Positions 38,551-48,332 of a stretch of 64,000 bases of DNA are shown here, piece by piece; position 1 is the first letter of the stretch, and every line of letters starts with the position of its first letter. The position numbers were made by a program, and so were the translations under genes. Source of the DNA: Planctomycetota bacterium (GTDB lineage: Bacteria; Planctomycetota; B15-G4; SIAN01). The stretch is from NCBI GenBank assembly GCA_031409275.1, contig JANNXA010000055.1, positions 352,001 through 416,000 of the forward strand, in the 5' to 3' direction. Below the pieces are notes generated by a model. That model made no database searches and had not been told where the DNA came from. It saw only the letters and a list, made by a program, of their open reading frames with translations.

Positions 38551-40492
38551 AGCGACGCGCCCTCGATCGCGCCTCGCGCGCTGGCTCGGGCTGATGGCCG
38601 CGAGCTGGTTGTTGGCGACGACCGCGGTCGCGCAAACGGTGCGCGTCGAGTGCAAGCTCGACCGCGACTCGATCTTCGAAGGCGAGGCGGTCGGCTACCA
38701 GGTCTCGGTCCTCGACGGCGAGGCCTCCGAGCCCGACCTCTCGAACTTCACCGAGTTCACGGTCGCCGCGCAGGGTTCGCAGAGCGTCAACTCGAGCATG
38801 ATCGAGATCGTCAACGGTCGTCGCCGCCGCACGGAACGAGTCGGAATGGAGTACCGCTACCGACTCACCCCCAAGCGCAGCGGCCGCCTCGTCGTGCCAG
38901 CTCCGAGCGTCGTGGCCGGCACCACGACGATCGCCGGCCAGCCGCTCGACCTTTCGGTGGTGCCACCGACCGATGATGGTCGCACGCGACTCGTGCTCGA
39001 CCTTGAACCCGAGCAGGTCTACCCGCAGCGCCCGGTGACGCTGCGACTGCGCCTCTTCGTTCGGCGGCCCAGCGGCGACAGCGAACGGCGCGACCCGATC
39101 GAGCTGCTTGGCCAGCTCGAATCGCCCGATCCGCCGCAAGTGCAGCTGCCCTGGCTCGAACTCGAGACGGGACTCGACGCGGAGCCCTGGCGCGAGTGGC
39201 TCACCAAGCTCCAATCGCGATCGCGTCGCAGCGGTTTCGCCATCAACGAGCTGCAGGCAGCGGGGATGCCGCTGATGCTGTTCGACGACGCGCCGCGCTA
39301 CGCCACCTTCGACCTCGGCGGCCGCGCGCCACGCGCCGACGAGGCGGAACTCCTCGCCGATGCGGGTGGCGCCGGCGAATGGACCGTCTACCAGCTGATC
39401 CGCGAGTTCACGCCGCGCCGCAGCGGCCGCTACGAGTTCGCGCCGGCGACCCTCAAAGGACGCTTCATCGAGCGCATCGACAGTCGCCGCGCCACGCTCG
39501 CCGAGGCCTTTGCCCGCAGCAATCCCGTGACGCTGATCGTCGATGCGGCGCCGACCGAGGGACGGCCGGAGGGCTACACCAACGCGATCGGCGACTTCTC
39601 GCTCGAGGCGAAGGTGACCCCGACGCGCGCGCACGTCGGCGACCCGCTCACGCTGACGTTGCGCGTCCGCGGCAGCGGCAACCTCGACGAGCTCTCGCCG
39701 CCCGACCTCGCGGCGCGACCCGAATTCGCGCAGGCGTTCCGTCTGCACCCTGCCAGCGCCGAGATGGAGGGAGGAACCCGGCTCTTCACGTGGAGCCTGC
39801 GCGCGCTGACCGCGAACGTCGCGGCCGTTCCGCCACTTCACTACTCGTGGTTCGATCCAGCGCGCCGGGAGTTCGTCGAACGCAGCACCCCGGCGCTACC
39901 GCTCGCCATCGAAGAAGCGGTCGCCCTCGACCCAGCGACGATCGTCGCCGCTCCTTCCGCGGCAGCACCGATCGCCGCGCAGGAGGGCGGCTGGTTCGCC
40001 CATCCGACCGACCCGACGCTGCTTGGCAACGAGGCGGTCGACTGGCGCGCCATCGCGCTCGCCGCGGGCGGCATGCCCGTGCTGACGCTCGGACTGCGCC
40101 TCGTGGTCGACCGCTCGCGGCGACGCCGCTCCGACCCGCGCGTGCAGCGCCGCGCGCGCGCCGGCGCCCGCGTGCAGCAGCGACTGACGACGTTGGCGTC
40201 GACACGGGAAGGCAAGACGCTCGCGCGTGAGCTGCGCGCGGCGCTGCTCGGGTTCGTCGCGGACACCGTCGACCGCGAGGAGGCCGCGCTCACCGCGCGC
40301 GAAGCGGAGGAGGCGTTGCGCGGGCTCGGCGTCGATGCGGCGCTCGCCACGCGGCTGCGTGCCGCCATCGAGGAGTGGGAGGCGCAGGCTTACGCCCCGA
40401 CCGCGGCGGGCGGCGCCCCGTCGCTCGAGCGCGCGCAATCGCTGGCACGCGAGCTTGCCGAAGCAACCGCGCGCGGCGGAGTTCGCGCATGA
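38540..40492 (+). CDS. batD: BatD-family protein
   Basis: SQSVNSSMIEIVNG, NAIGDF, GDPLTLTLRVRGSGNL, YSWFDP, C-terminal TM. Confidence 0.88.
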   Translation: MTGEATRPRSRLARWLGLMAASWLLATTAVAQTVRVECKLDRDSIFEGEAVGYQVSVLDGEASEPDLSNFTEFTVAAQGSQSVNSSMIEIVNGRRRRTERVGMEYRYRLTPKRSGRLVVPAPSVVAGTTTIAGQPLDLSVVPPTDDGRTRLVLDLEPEQVYPQRPVTLRLRLFVRRPSGDSERRDPIELLGQLESPDPPQVQLPWLELETGLDAEPWREWLTKLQSRSRRSGFAINELQAAGMPLMLFDDAPRYATFDLGGRAPRADEAELLADAGGAGEWTVYQLIREFTPRRSGRYEFAPATLKGRFIERIDSRRATLAEAFARSNPVTLIVDAAPTEGRPEGYTNAIGDFSLEAKVTPTRAHVGDPLTLTLRVRGSGNLDELSPPDLAARPEFAQAFRLHPASAEMEGGTRLFTWSLRALTANVAAVPPLHYSWFDPARREFVERSTPALPLAIEEAVALDPATIVAAPSAAAPIAAQEGGWFAHPTDPTLLGNEAVDWRAIALAAGGMPVLTLGLRLVVDRSRRRRSDPRVQRRARAGARVQQRLTTLASTREGKTLARELRAALLGFVADTVDREEAALTAREAEEALRGLGVDAALATRLRAAIEEWEAQAYAPTAAGGAPSLERAQSLARELAEATARGGVRA

Positions 40493-41250
40493 CACGGCTC
40501 CTGCTGCTCCTCGCATTCCTTGGCGCGACCGCGGGTTGTCGTCGCGGCGTCGATGGAACCACCGCGCAGCTCTTCCTGCAGGGGAACGAGCGGCTCGCGC
40601 AAGCGCAGACCGCGGACGATTGCCGCGCGGCAGCGGCGCGCTTCGAGGCGGCGCTCGAGAGCGGCGGCGAGAACGGAGTCGTGCTGCAGGCGTTGGGCAA
40701 CGCTTACGGCCGCGCGGGCGAGAAGGGCGAAGCGATCGCCGCGTGGCGGCGCGCGCAGTTGCATCGACCGCGCGATCCGCTGCTGGCCGCCAACCTCGCC
40801 CAGATGCGCCAGGGTCTGCCGCACGAGCCGACGGCGCTGATCGATGAACTCTTTTTCTGGCGCGTTTCGACGAGCTATGGCGAACAGGCGGCCGCGCTGC
40901 TGATCGCAGTGCTGCTCGCATGCGCCGCCGCGACGGCGGCGACCTTTTCGCCGCGGCACCGTGGCGCGCTGCGCCCGTTCGTGGGCGGCGCAACGCTGCT
41001 CGCGCTGCTGGCGGCCGCCGGATTCGCGCGCACGGTGCAAGTCGCGGATCTTGTCCGCCACGGGGTCGTGACGCGCGATGAGGTCGTGGCGCGCAAGGGC
41101 GACGGCGACAACTTCGAGGCGGCCTTCACTGCCCCGCTTGGCGACGGGACCGAGTGCCGCATCCTCGAAGAGCGTGGCGACTGGCGGCTGATCGAGCTGC
41201 CAGGGGGCCTGCGCGGCTGGTTGCGAGCCGACTGCCTCGCCAGCCGGTGA
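40489..41250 (+). CDS. batE: BatE-like TPR + SH3 protein
   Basis: LGNAY..AG..GEAIAAWRRA...PRD...ANL; C-terminal SH3b-like GTECRILEERGDW..I..GW. Confidence 0.85.
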   Translation: MTRLLLLLAFLGATAGCRRGVDGTTAQLFLQGNERLAQAQTADDCRAAAARFEAALESGGENGVVLQALGNAYGRAGEKGEAIAAWRRAQLHRPRDPLLAANLAQMRQGLPHEPTALIDELFFWRVSTSYGEQAAALLIAVLLACAAATAATFSPRHRGALRPFVGGATLLALLAAAGFARTVQVADLVRHGVVTRDEVVARKGDGDNFEAAFTAPLGDGTECRILEERGDWRLIELPGGLRGWLRADCLASR

Positions 41251-41313
41251 ACGGCCGGGGCCACGGCCGGCGCCGCTACGATCCCTTCTCCACCCCTCGC
41301 GACAGGAGCCTCC

Positions 41314-43032
41314 ATGGCCTCGCCATCACGCCGCCCGGTTCGCCGCGCTCCGGTCGAGGAAGAGGAGATCGTGCCGAGCCGCGGCAGCGGCGCAGCGCGG
41401 CGCAAAGCGGCGGCGAAGCAGGGCCTGCCGATGGTGCCGCTCGCGATCGGGGGCGGCATCGTCCTCCTGATCGTCGTGGTGGTGTTGATGATGAAGCGCC
41501 ACGCGCCAGCGCCGGAGCCGACGCCGATCGGATCCGCGGCCGCGAACGGCGCCTCCGTGAACGCGGTCGCGACGAAGCAGGACGCGGCGCCGACGGCAGC
41601 GACCGGGGCGAGCGCGCCGCCACCGGCCCCCGTTGCGGCGCCGTTCGATCGGGCGAGCTACGAGGCGAAGGTCGCGGCGGCGGCCACCGCCGTCGAAGCG
41701 CTCGCGCTTGGCGAGCAGGCGGAGCGCAGCAGCAAGGAGGTCGCGCTCGCCGAGCTCGCCTACCAGAAAGCGCTCGCGCTCGAACCGAAGAACGCGGCGG
41801 CGCGTCGCAAGCTCGACGTGCGAGCGATCGACCCGCAGGCGGACTTCCCTAGACTCGACGAGATCCAGGGCAGCGCGCAGACCTATCTGCTGCGGCCGTT
41901 CCTCAAGCTGAAGGGCAAGGAGCTGTCGCGCAGCGAGCGCGCCGCCGAGGTCGCGCGCTGGACCAAGGAGCGCGTCGCCATCGACGCACGCATCGCCGAG
42001 GCGGCTGACGATCCGTTCCTCAACCGGATCGATCGCCTGCGCAACGACCTCGGCAACAAGCCCTTCTTCCAGGACTTCAACTACGAGGTGATCGAGAGCA
42101 CGCGCCCCTACGCGCTGTTCGTCGAGCTGAAAGGCGACACGCTGACGGAACGTGACGCGCGACGTGAAGCCGTGGAGGAGGCGTACGCGCCGTTCCTCGC
42201 GGCCTACGACCAGACGATCCACACCTACCTGAAGCCGCTCTCGCCGGCGCCACCGAAGGAAGATCCCACCTTCATCGTCTTCATCCTGCTGAACCGCGAG
42301 AGCTACGACCGTTTCTTCCTCGAGTTCGAGGACACGGCCGGCCCGCCCGGCATGCGTGCTCACTACACGCCGGTCGAGAAGTGGGCGTTCACCTATTCGC
42401 CGCAGGTCAGCAATCCGAAGGACCCAAGTTTCATCGAAGGCACGCAGTCGCTGCTGCACGAGCTGACGCACGCGTGGGTCGATCGCCTCGCGACCGGCGA
42501 TGGCGGCAAGACCTACTCGATCCGCACCGTCTTCACCCACTGGTTCAACGAAGGCATCGCCGAGTGGATGTCGTGCCAGGCGTGGGACGACGAGAAGGTG
42601 CTCTTCCGGCCATGGAAGTCGATGCGCATGCAGGAGCTCGCGCAACGACCCGCGGGCGTCCGCATCCCGCTGAAGCGGGCGCTGCGCGTGGTCCATTCCG
42701 GCGACCTCGGCAGCGAGGCGGCGCAAGTGGCGCGCGAGCAGAAGGTGGTCGATCCGGCCCAAGCCACGATGATCTGCATGAGCGGCTTCTACGCCGACAT
42801 GTGGCTCTTCATCTTCTGGCTCAACTTCGGCAACGACCGCAAGTACAAGCACCTGTTCGAGGAGTACGTGCGCAAGGAGTTCGCCGGCAACGGCGGCGCG
42901 GAAACGGCCGACCGGATCTTCGCCGAGGTCTTCGCGCGACAGAACCTCGAACAGGAGGTCGACGCGTTCCAGCAGGGCATCGCCAAGGGGACGATCCGCT
43001 TCGAGGACGCTCCGCTCGAGCTCGAGAAATGA
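41314..43032 (+). CDS. Membrane-anchored TPR + gluzincin metallopeptidase-like protein (DUF1570-like)
   Basis: N-terminal TM, one TPR, LLHELTH and WFNEGIAEW; AGGAG RBS. Confidence 0.8.
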   Translation: MASPSRRPVRRAPVEEEEIVPSRGSGAARRKAAAKQGLPMVPLAIGGGIVLLIVVVVLMMKRHAPAPEPTPIGSAAANGASVNAVATKQDAAPTAATGASAPPPAPVAAPFDRASYEAKVAAAATAVEALALGEQAERSSKEVALAELAYQKALALEPKNAAARRKLDVRAIDPQADFPRLDEIQGSAQTYLLRPFLKLKGKELSRSERAAEVARWTKERVAIDARIAEAADDPFLNRIDRLRNDLGNKPFFQDFNYEVIESTRPYALFVELKGDTLTERDARREAVEEAYAPFLAAYDQTIHTYLKPLSPAPPKEDPTFIVFILLNRESYDRFFLEFEDTAGPPGMRAHYTPVEKWAFTYSPQVSNPKDPSFIEGTQSLLHELTHAWVDRLATGDGGKTYSIRTVFTHWFNEGIAEWMSCQAWDDEKVLFRPWKSMRMQELAQRPAGVRIPLKRALRVVHSGDLGSEAAQVAREQKVVDPAQATMICMSGFYADMWLFIFWLNFGNDRKYKHLFEEYVRKEFAGNGGAETADRIFAEVFARQNLEQEVDAFQQGIAKGTIRFEDAPLELEK

Positions 43033-43703
43033 TCGTCCTTCCGTGCGCCGGTCGCGCGACGTTGCCGGTCGGCAAGGTGGTCGCGGTCGGGCGCAACTAC
43101 GCCGACCACGCCAAGGAGATGGGCCAGGCGGCGCGCGACGAAGAGCCGATCCTCTTCTTGAAGCCGGCGAGCGCGCTGGTTCCGGGCGGCGGCGTGATCG
43201 AGCTGCCGCGCCGCAGCCAGCGCGTCCATCACGAGGTCGAACTCGTGGTGCGCGTCGGTCGTGATCTGCGCTGCGGCACCAAAGACGCCGCCGCCGCGGC
43301 GATCGATGCGATCGCCGTCGGCCTCGACCTCACCGCGCGCGACCTCCAGGAGGCGGCCAAGCAGCGCGGCGACCCGTGGGCCGTCGCCAAGGGATTCGAT
43401 CAGTCGGCGCCGATCTCGGCCCTCGTCGCGCTCGACGACCCGCAACTGCTGACAGCGCTCGAGCTGACGCTGCGCGTGAACGGCCAGCTGCGTCAGCGTG
43501 GCGCGACCCGCGATCTCGTGACGCCCGTGGTCGAGCTCGTCGCCTTCGTGTCGAGCCGCTTCCGTCTCGAAGCGGGCGACCTCCTCTTCACCGGTACCCC
43601 GGCCGGGGTCGGCCCGCTCGTCGCTGGCGACATCGTGCACGCCGCGCTGCTTGCCATCGTCACCGATGCGCCGCTCGCAGAGCTCTCGATCAGCTGCCGT
43701 TGA
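43029..43703 (+). CDS. Fumarylacetoacetate hydrolase-family protein
   Basis: VGRNYADH, FLKP, HHEVEL, DLTARD, AKGFD, TGTPAGVG. Confidence 0.93.
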   Translation: MIVLPCAGRATLPVGKVVAVGRNYADHAKEMGQAARDEEPILFLKPASALVPGGGVIELPRRSQRVHHEVELVVRVGRDLRCGTKDAAAAAIDAIAVGLDLTARDLQEAAKQRGDPWAVAKGFDQSAPISALVALDDPQLLTALELTLRVNGQLRQRGATRDLVTPVVELVAFVSSRFRLEAGDLLFTGTPAGVGPLVAGDIVHAALLAIVTDAPLAELSISCR

Positions 43704-44679
43704 CCGCGCCGACGCCGTCCGACCGATTCCGCTCGGAAGCAACCGCCACCGCGTTCGCAGCGTCCGCTTCCGCCATTCGCGGTGCATCCCGCGCGAGCCA
43801 GGCGAGCAGCCGCTCCTCGGTTCCCAGGTCGGTCCAACCCACCGCCGCGGGCAGCGCCAAGGCGCCGAGCGAAGTCGCGGTGCCGATCACGTCGGCCGAG
43901 AAGTTGTGGTTCTGCAGTTCGCCATAGTCGCGCCGCCACGCGTCAGTTCCCGTATCGCTCCGCGCGCACAGCGCCTCCATGGCGGCCGTGAGGTCGGGCA
44001 GCCGCGACCGGAAAAGGCGCAGCAACGAGTCGACCGTGGCCACCAGGAGCATCGTGTTCCACCACGCTCGACCGCTCGCGAAGAGCTGTTCCGCCATGGC
44101 GCCGTCGGGCTTCTCGACGAATCGCTCGACCGCCGAGATCGCGGGCGCTGTCTCCAGCGGAGCGCCGCGCACGATCCAGCCGTAGTCGCGATTGGCCGCG
44201 TGCGGCGTCGCGCCGATCAGCAGCAGACGCTCCGGCGTCGTCGCGACCGATTGCGCCGCCTGGCGCAGCACGCGCCGGAACTGCGCTTCGTCGACGATCC
44301 CGTGATCGGACGCCGCGAGCAGGACGCGCGCGTTGGGAGCCCGGGCGGCGAGGTGCAGCAGCGGAAGGAGGACGCCGGCCGCGGTACCGCGATCGCACGG
44401 CTGCTCCACGAGGTGCACGCCACGAGCGGTGACGAGTTGCGCCTGCGCGCACGCGACCTGCGAGCGATCGACGACGACCGTCGTGCGGCGCGCCGGGACG
44501 AGCGGCGCGAGGCGATCGAGAGTCTGCTGCAGCAGCGAGCGCTGGCCCGCGAAGCGGCAGAACTGCTTGGGGATCGCGGCGCCAAAGAGGCGAGTGGTGA
44601 GCGCCTCGAGGCGGCGACCGAACCCGCCGGCAAGGATCACGGCGTGCAGTTCACCGAACGATCCCGTTCCCTCGTCCAT
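43690..44679 (-). CDS. Mannose-1-phosphate guanylyltransferase-like sugar-phosphate nucleotidyltransferase
   Basis: VILAGGFGRRL, PKQF, RSLLQQT, DRGTA, SDH, YGWI, FVEKP, WTDLG. Confidence 0.87.
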   Translation of the reverse strand: MDEGTGSFGELHAVILAGGFGRRLEALTTRLFGAAIPKQFCRFAGQRSLLQQTLDRLAPLVPARRTTVVVDRSQVACAQAQLVTARGVHLVEQPCDRGTAAGVLLPLLHLAARAPNARVLLAASDHGIVDEAQFRRVLRQAAQSVATTPERLLLIGATPHAANRDYGWIVRGAPLETAPAISAVERFVEKPDGAMAEQLFASGRAWWNTMLLVATVDSLLRLFRSRLPDLTAAMEALCARSDTGTDAWRRDYGELQNHNFSADVIGTATSLGALALPAAVGWTDLGTEERLLAWLARDAPRMAEADAANAVAVASERNRSDGVGAVNGS

Positions 44680-44831
44680 GGAGATCTCCAGAGCGGCCAA
44701 GCCGCTCTTCGGAAAAGGTTGCCCAAGGACTGAAGCGGTTCTGGGAAATGGTTCCCCCCGAGCGTCGTGACCCCGACTTTCGCCTCCCATCCAGAGCGCC
44801 CGTCGGGCTCGCCTCCGAGGGCGGAAGGACG

Positions 44832-44875
44832 CTTCACTCGGCCTTCACGGACGCTTCATGAAACGGCCGTAGGTT
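44832..44875 (+). promoter_or_regulatory. Pho-box-like direct repeats and -10 box of the pstS promoter
   Basis: CTTCAC 44832, CTTCAC 44843, CTTCAT 44854 (11-bp period); TAGGTT at 44870. Confidence 0.75.
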
Positions 44876-44918
44876 CCGCACCGTGAAAACAGGAACCTCA
44901 AGACTCATGGAGCCCCGA

Positions 44919-45956
44919 ATGATGGTTCGCAAGAGCCTCTGGCTGTCGGCCGCGACTGCGCTGTGCGGTGCCGTGGCCCTCTCCGTCTGCGTTCCGGCAC
45001 AGGAAGTCGCGACCGTCGCGAAGGCCGCGAAGGCCGCGCGCCCCGATGACGCGCAGGCGAAGGTCGATTCGAGCCTGCCGCAATACGGCAAGGTCGCCGG
45101 CATCTCCGGCAACTTGAACTCGATCGGCTCCGACACGCTGAACAACCTGATGACGCTGTGGACCGAGGGCTTCAAGAGCCAGTACCCGAGCGTGCGCATC
45201 CAGGTCGAAGGCAAGGGTTCGAGCACGGCGCCGCCGGCGCTGATCGCCGGCACGGCGCAGCTCGGTCCGATGAGCCGCGAGATGAAGTCCTCCGAGATCG
45301 ACGATTTCGAAGGGCGCTACGGCTACAAGCCGACCCTGATCCGCGTCGCCATCGATGCGCTCGCGGTCTATGTCCACAAGGACAACCCGATCGAGAAGCT
45401 GACCCTCGCGCAGGTCGACGCGATGTTCGGCAAGCAGCGCAAGCAGGGCCTGTCGAAGAGCATCGAGACTTGGGGCGACCTCGGACTGACCGGCGATTGG
45501 GCCGCGCTTCCGATCAGCCTCTATGGCCGCAACTCGGCGTCGGGCACGTACGGCTTCTTCAAGGAGCACGTGCTGAAGAACGGCGACTACAAGGATCAGG
45601 TCAAGGAGCAGCCGGGGTCGGCGTCGGTCGTTCTGGGCGTGACCGAGGATCGCGGCAGCGTCGGCTACAGCGGCATCGGCTACAAGACCTCGGGTGTCCG
45701 CGCCGTGCCGCTGGCGAAGGATGACGCGACGCCGGCCGGCGACGTCAGCGCCTCGTCGGTCTACGCCGGCAAGTACCCGATCACCCGCTTCCTCTACGTC
45801 TACGTCAATCGTGCGCCGAACAAGCCGCTCGACCCGCTGGTCAAGGAGTTCCTCACTTTCGTGTTGTCGCAACAGGGACAGCAGGGCGTGCTGAAGGACG
45901 GCTACCTGCCACTGACCGCGAAGATCGACGCGGAGGAGCTGAAGAAGCTGCAGTGA
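44919..45956 (+). CDS. pstS: Phosphate ABC transporter substrate-binding protein PstS
   Basis: GSDTL, GKGSSTA, MSR, GRNSASGTY, SGIGY, YPITRFLYVY. GGAG RBS before ATG 44919 (alternatives 44883, 44907). Confidence 0.95.
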   Translation: MMVRKSLWLSAATALCGAVALSVCVPAQEVATVAKAAKAARPDDAQAKVDSSLPQYGKVAGISGNLNSIGSDTLNNLMTLWTEGFKSQYPSVRIQVEGKGSSTAPPALIAGTAQLGPMSREMKSSEIDDFEGRYGYKPTLIRVAIDALAVYVHKDNPIEKLTLAQVDAMFGKQRKQGLSKSIETWGDLGLTGDWAALPISLYGRNSASGTYGFFKEHVLKNGDYKDQVKEQPGSASVVLGVTEDRGSVGYSGIGYKTSGVRAVPLAKDDATPAGDVSASSVYAGKYPITRFLYVYVNRAPNKPLDPLVKEFLTFVLSQQGQQGVLKDGYLPLTAKIDAEELKKLQ

Positions 45957-45991
45957 CCCCACGCGGGTAACGACTGAGCCAGCGTCTCCTG

Positions 45992-46024
45992 GCGCGCCCG
46001 GACCCAGCGTCGGTCCGGGCGCGC
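45992..46024 (+). other. Intercistronic stem-loop between pstS and pstC
   Basis: 13-bp perfect stem GCGCGCCCGGACC / GGTCCGGGCGCGC, 7-nt loop, no U-tract. Confidence 0.7.
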
Positions 46025-46067
46025 ACTCCTCATCGACTGTGACCGCCGCGAGCCTCCCCCACTGAGC

Positions 46068-48332
46068 ATGGCGAACGATTCCGACGACTCGACCGCAGCC
46101 GCCGAGCGCGCCACCGCGCGCTCCACTGCGGCGCCCTCGCCGCGCCTGAAGCAGCGGCGCCGTCGCGATCGACTGGCGCGTTCCGTCGTCGTCGCCGGCG
46201 GGCTCGCGATCATCACCAGCGTTCTCGGGATTTTCCTGTTCCTGGTCGCGCAGGTGATGCCGCTGCTGACGGGGGCGAGCGTCGAGCCCAGCGGCTCGAT
46301 CGCGGCCCCCCAAAGCGCCCCCCTCGCCCTTGTCAGCGACGAGCAGTCGAGTCACATCGCGCTGCTCGGCGCCGATGGGGCTCTGCGGATCGTCCGCCAG
46401 GCCGACGGCGCAAGCGTGCTGGAACAGCCGATGTTCGCCGCTGCCGCCGATGGCGAGAACGCCGCCGTCACGTGCGGCGGCCCGCTCTTCGGTCAACCGG
46501 GGTTCGTGGCCGGCAGCCGTGACGGTCGCGTCGCCTTCGCCGCGATCGACTTCGTCGTCGATCATCGCGACGACGGCGACGTCGTGACCCCGAAGGTCGC
46601 CCCGATCGTCGAGTTCGAGGTCGATCCGAGCCGCCAGCCGATCCAGGTGTGCGCGGCGAGTGCGCGCGGCCTCTCCTCCGCGATCGTCGCTCAGCTCGCC
46701 GATGGAACGCTGCTGTTCTGTGAGCGAGCGGTCGAAGAGAACCTCTTCAGCGGAGAGCAGACTGCGACCACCGAGCGTCGCCCGCTGTCGGCGCCGTGCG
46801 CGCTGACCCGACTCGTCCTCGACGCGCGCCGCGAGAACCTCTTCGCCGCCACCGTCGACGGACGTCTGTTGTGGTGGAACCTGGTGGACCGCACGTCCGC
46901 CGAACCGCGCGTTCGCAGCGTCGGTGCGCCGATCAGCGCGCTCACGTTGCTGATCGGCGACCAGAGCCTCGTGATCGGCCAGGACGACGGGGCGCTGTCG
47001 ATCTGGAATCGAGTGCAGCCGGAGGGCGAGGCGCTCCAGCTCATGCGGACCCACGAGTTCCCGCGGCGCGGCAGCCGCGTGCGGCTGCTGGCGCCGTCGT
47101 GGCGCAACCGACTCTTCCTCGCCGTCGAGGAGAGCGGCGCGCTGATGGTCGGCTACTCGACGACGACGCGGGTCGTATGGGAGGGTGCCGCGCCGATCGC
47201 AGGGACGACTGCCGCCACGATCTCCCCGAAGAACGACGCGCTCCTGCTGGCAGCGAGCGGACGAGTCGAGCGTCTCGCGTTCGAGTGCCGCCATCCCGAG
47301 GCGGGATTCGGGGCCTTCTTCGGCAAGGTCTGGTACGAGGGCTACGCGCATCCCGAGCACATCTGGCAATCGAGCTCGGGCAGCGACGAGGCGGAGTCGA
47401 AGTTCAGCCTCACGCCGCTCCTGTTCGGAACGCTGAAGGCGACGCTCTTCTCGCTGCTCTTCGCGGTCCCATTGGCGCTGCTGGCGGCGATGTACACCTC
47501 GCAGTTCATGCATTGGTCGCTGCGCCGCTACGTCAAACCCGCCGTCGAGATGATGGCGTCGCTGCCGAGCGTCGTGCTGGGCTTCCTGGCCGGACTATGG
47601 CTGGCGCCGCGCGTCGCCGACTACTTCCTCGGCGTGCCGCTCTTCCTCGTGCTGGCTCCGTTGGCGATCCTCGCCGCGGGCCGACTCGGCGAGCGGCTGC
47701 CGTCGAGTTGGCGCCACCGCTTCCCCGACGGGATCGCCTCGCTCGCGTTCATCGCCGTCCTCGCCCTCACGCTGGGAGCGACGTTGCTGCTGGCGCGACC
47801 GCTCGAGGTGGCGTGGTTTCGCGGCGACTTCGTGGCGTGGATGCGCGCCGTGCTCGGACTCAACTACGACCAGAAGAACTGCGTCGTGCTCGGGTTGGCG
47901 ATGGGTGTCGCCGTCATCCCGATCATCTTCGCGATCGCGGAGGATGCCTTCTCCAACGTCCCGAAGAGCCTCGTCTCGGGCTCGCTCGCGCTGGGCGCTG
48001 ACCGCTGGTACACGGTGACGCGAGTCGTGCTGCCGACCGCAAGCCCCGGCCTCTTCTCGGCGGTAATGATCGGGTTCGGTCGCGCCGTGGGCGAGACGAT
48101 GATCGTGGTGATGGCGTCGGGCAACACGCCGATCATGGATTGGAACCTGTTCAACGGCTTGCGCAGCTTGTCGGCCAACATCGCGACCGAGATCCCCGAA
48201 GCGGCGCAGGGCACGACCTTCTATCGCACCCTCTTCCTCGCGGCGGTGCTGCTCTTCGCGCTGACGTTCGCCGCCAACACCGCCGCCGAGCTGGTCCGCC
48301 AGCATCTGCGCGAGAAGTACGCTCGCCTGTGA
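46068..48332 (+). CDS. pstC: Phosphate ABC transporter permease PstC (long form with WD40-like periplasmic domain)
   Basis: PLLFGTLKA, LPSVVLG, EDA..VP..L..GSLALGA, GRAVGETM. Confidence 0.93.
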   Translation: MANDSDDSTAAAERATARSTAAPSPRLKQRRRRDRLARSVVVAGGLAIITSVLGIFLFLVAQVMPLLTGASVEPSGSIAAPQSAPLALVSDEQSSHIALLGADGALRIVRQADGASVLEQPMFAAAADGENAAVTCGGPLFGQPGFVAGSRDGRVAFAAIDFVVDHRDDGDVVTPKVAPIVEFEVDPSRQPIQVCAASARGLSSAIVAQLADGTLLFCERAVEENLFSGEQTATTERRPLSAPCALTRLVLDARRENLFAATVDGRLLWWNLVDRTSAEPRVRSVGAPISALTLLIGDQSLVIGQDDGALSIWNRVQPEGEALQLMRTHEFPRRGSRVRLLAPSWRNRLFLAVEESGALMVGYSTTTRVVWEGAAPIAGTTAATISPKNDALLLAASGRVERLAFECRHPEAGFGAFFGKVWYEGYAHPEHIWQSSSGSDEAESKFSLTPLLFGTLKATLFSLLFAVPLALLAAMYTSQFMHWSLRRYVKPAVEMMASLPSVVLGFLAGLWLAPRVADYFLGVPLFLVLAPLAILAAGRLGERLPSSWRHRFPDGIASLAFIAVLALTLGATLLLARPLEVAWFRGDFVAWMRAVLGLNYDQKNCVVLGLAMGVAVIPIIFAIAEDAFSNVPKSLVSGSLALGADRWYTVTRVVLPTASPGLFSAVMIGFGRAVGETMIVVMASGNTPIMDWNLFNGLRSLSANIATEIPEAAQGTTFYRTLFLAAVLLFALTFAANTAAELVRQHLREKYARL

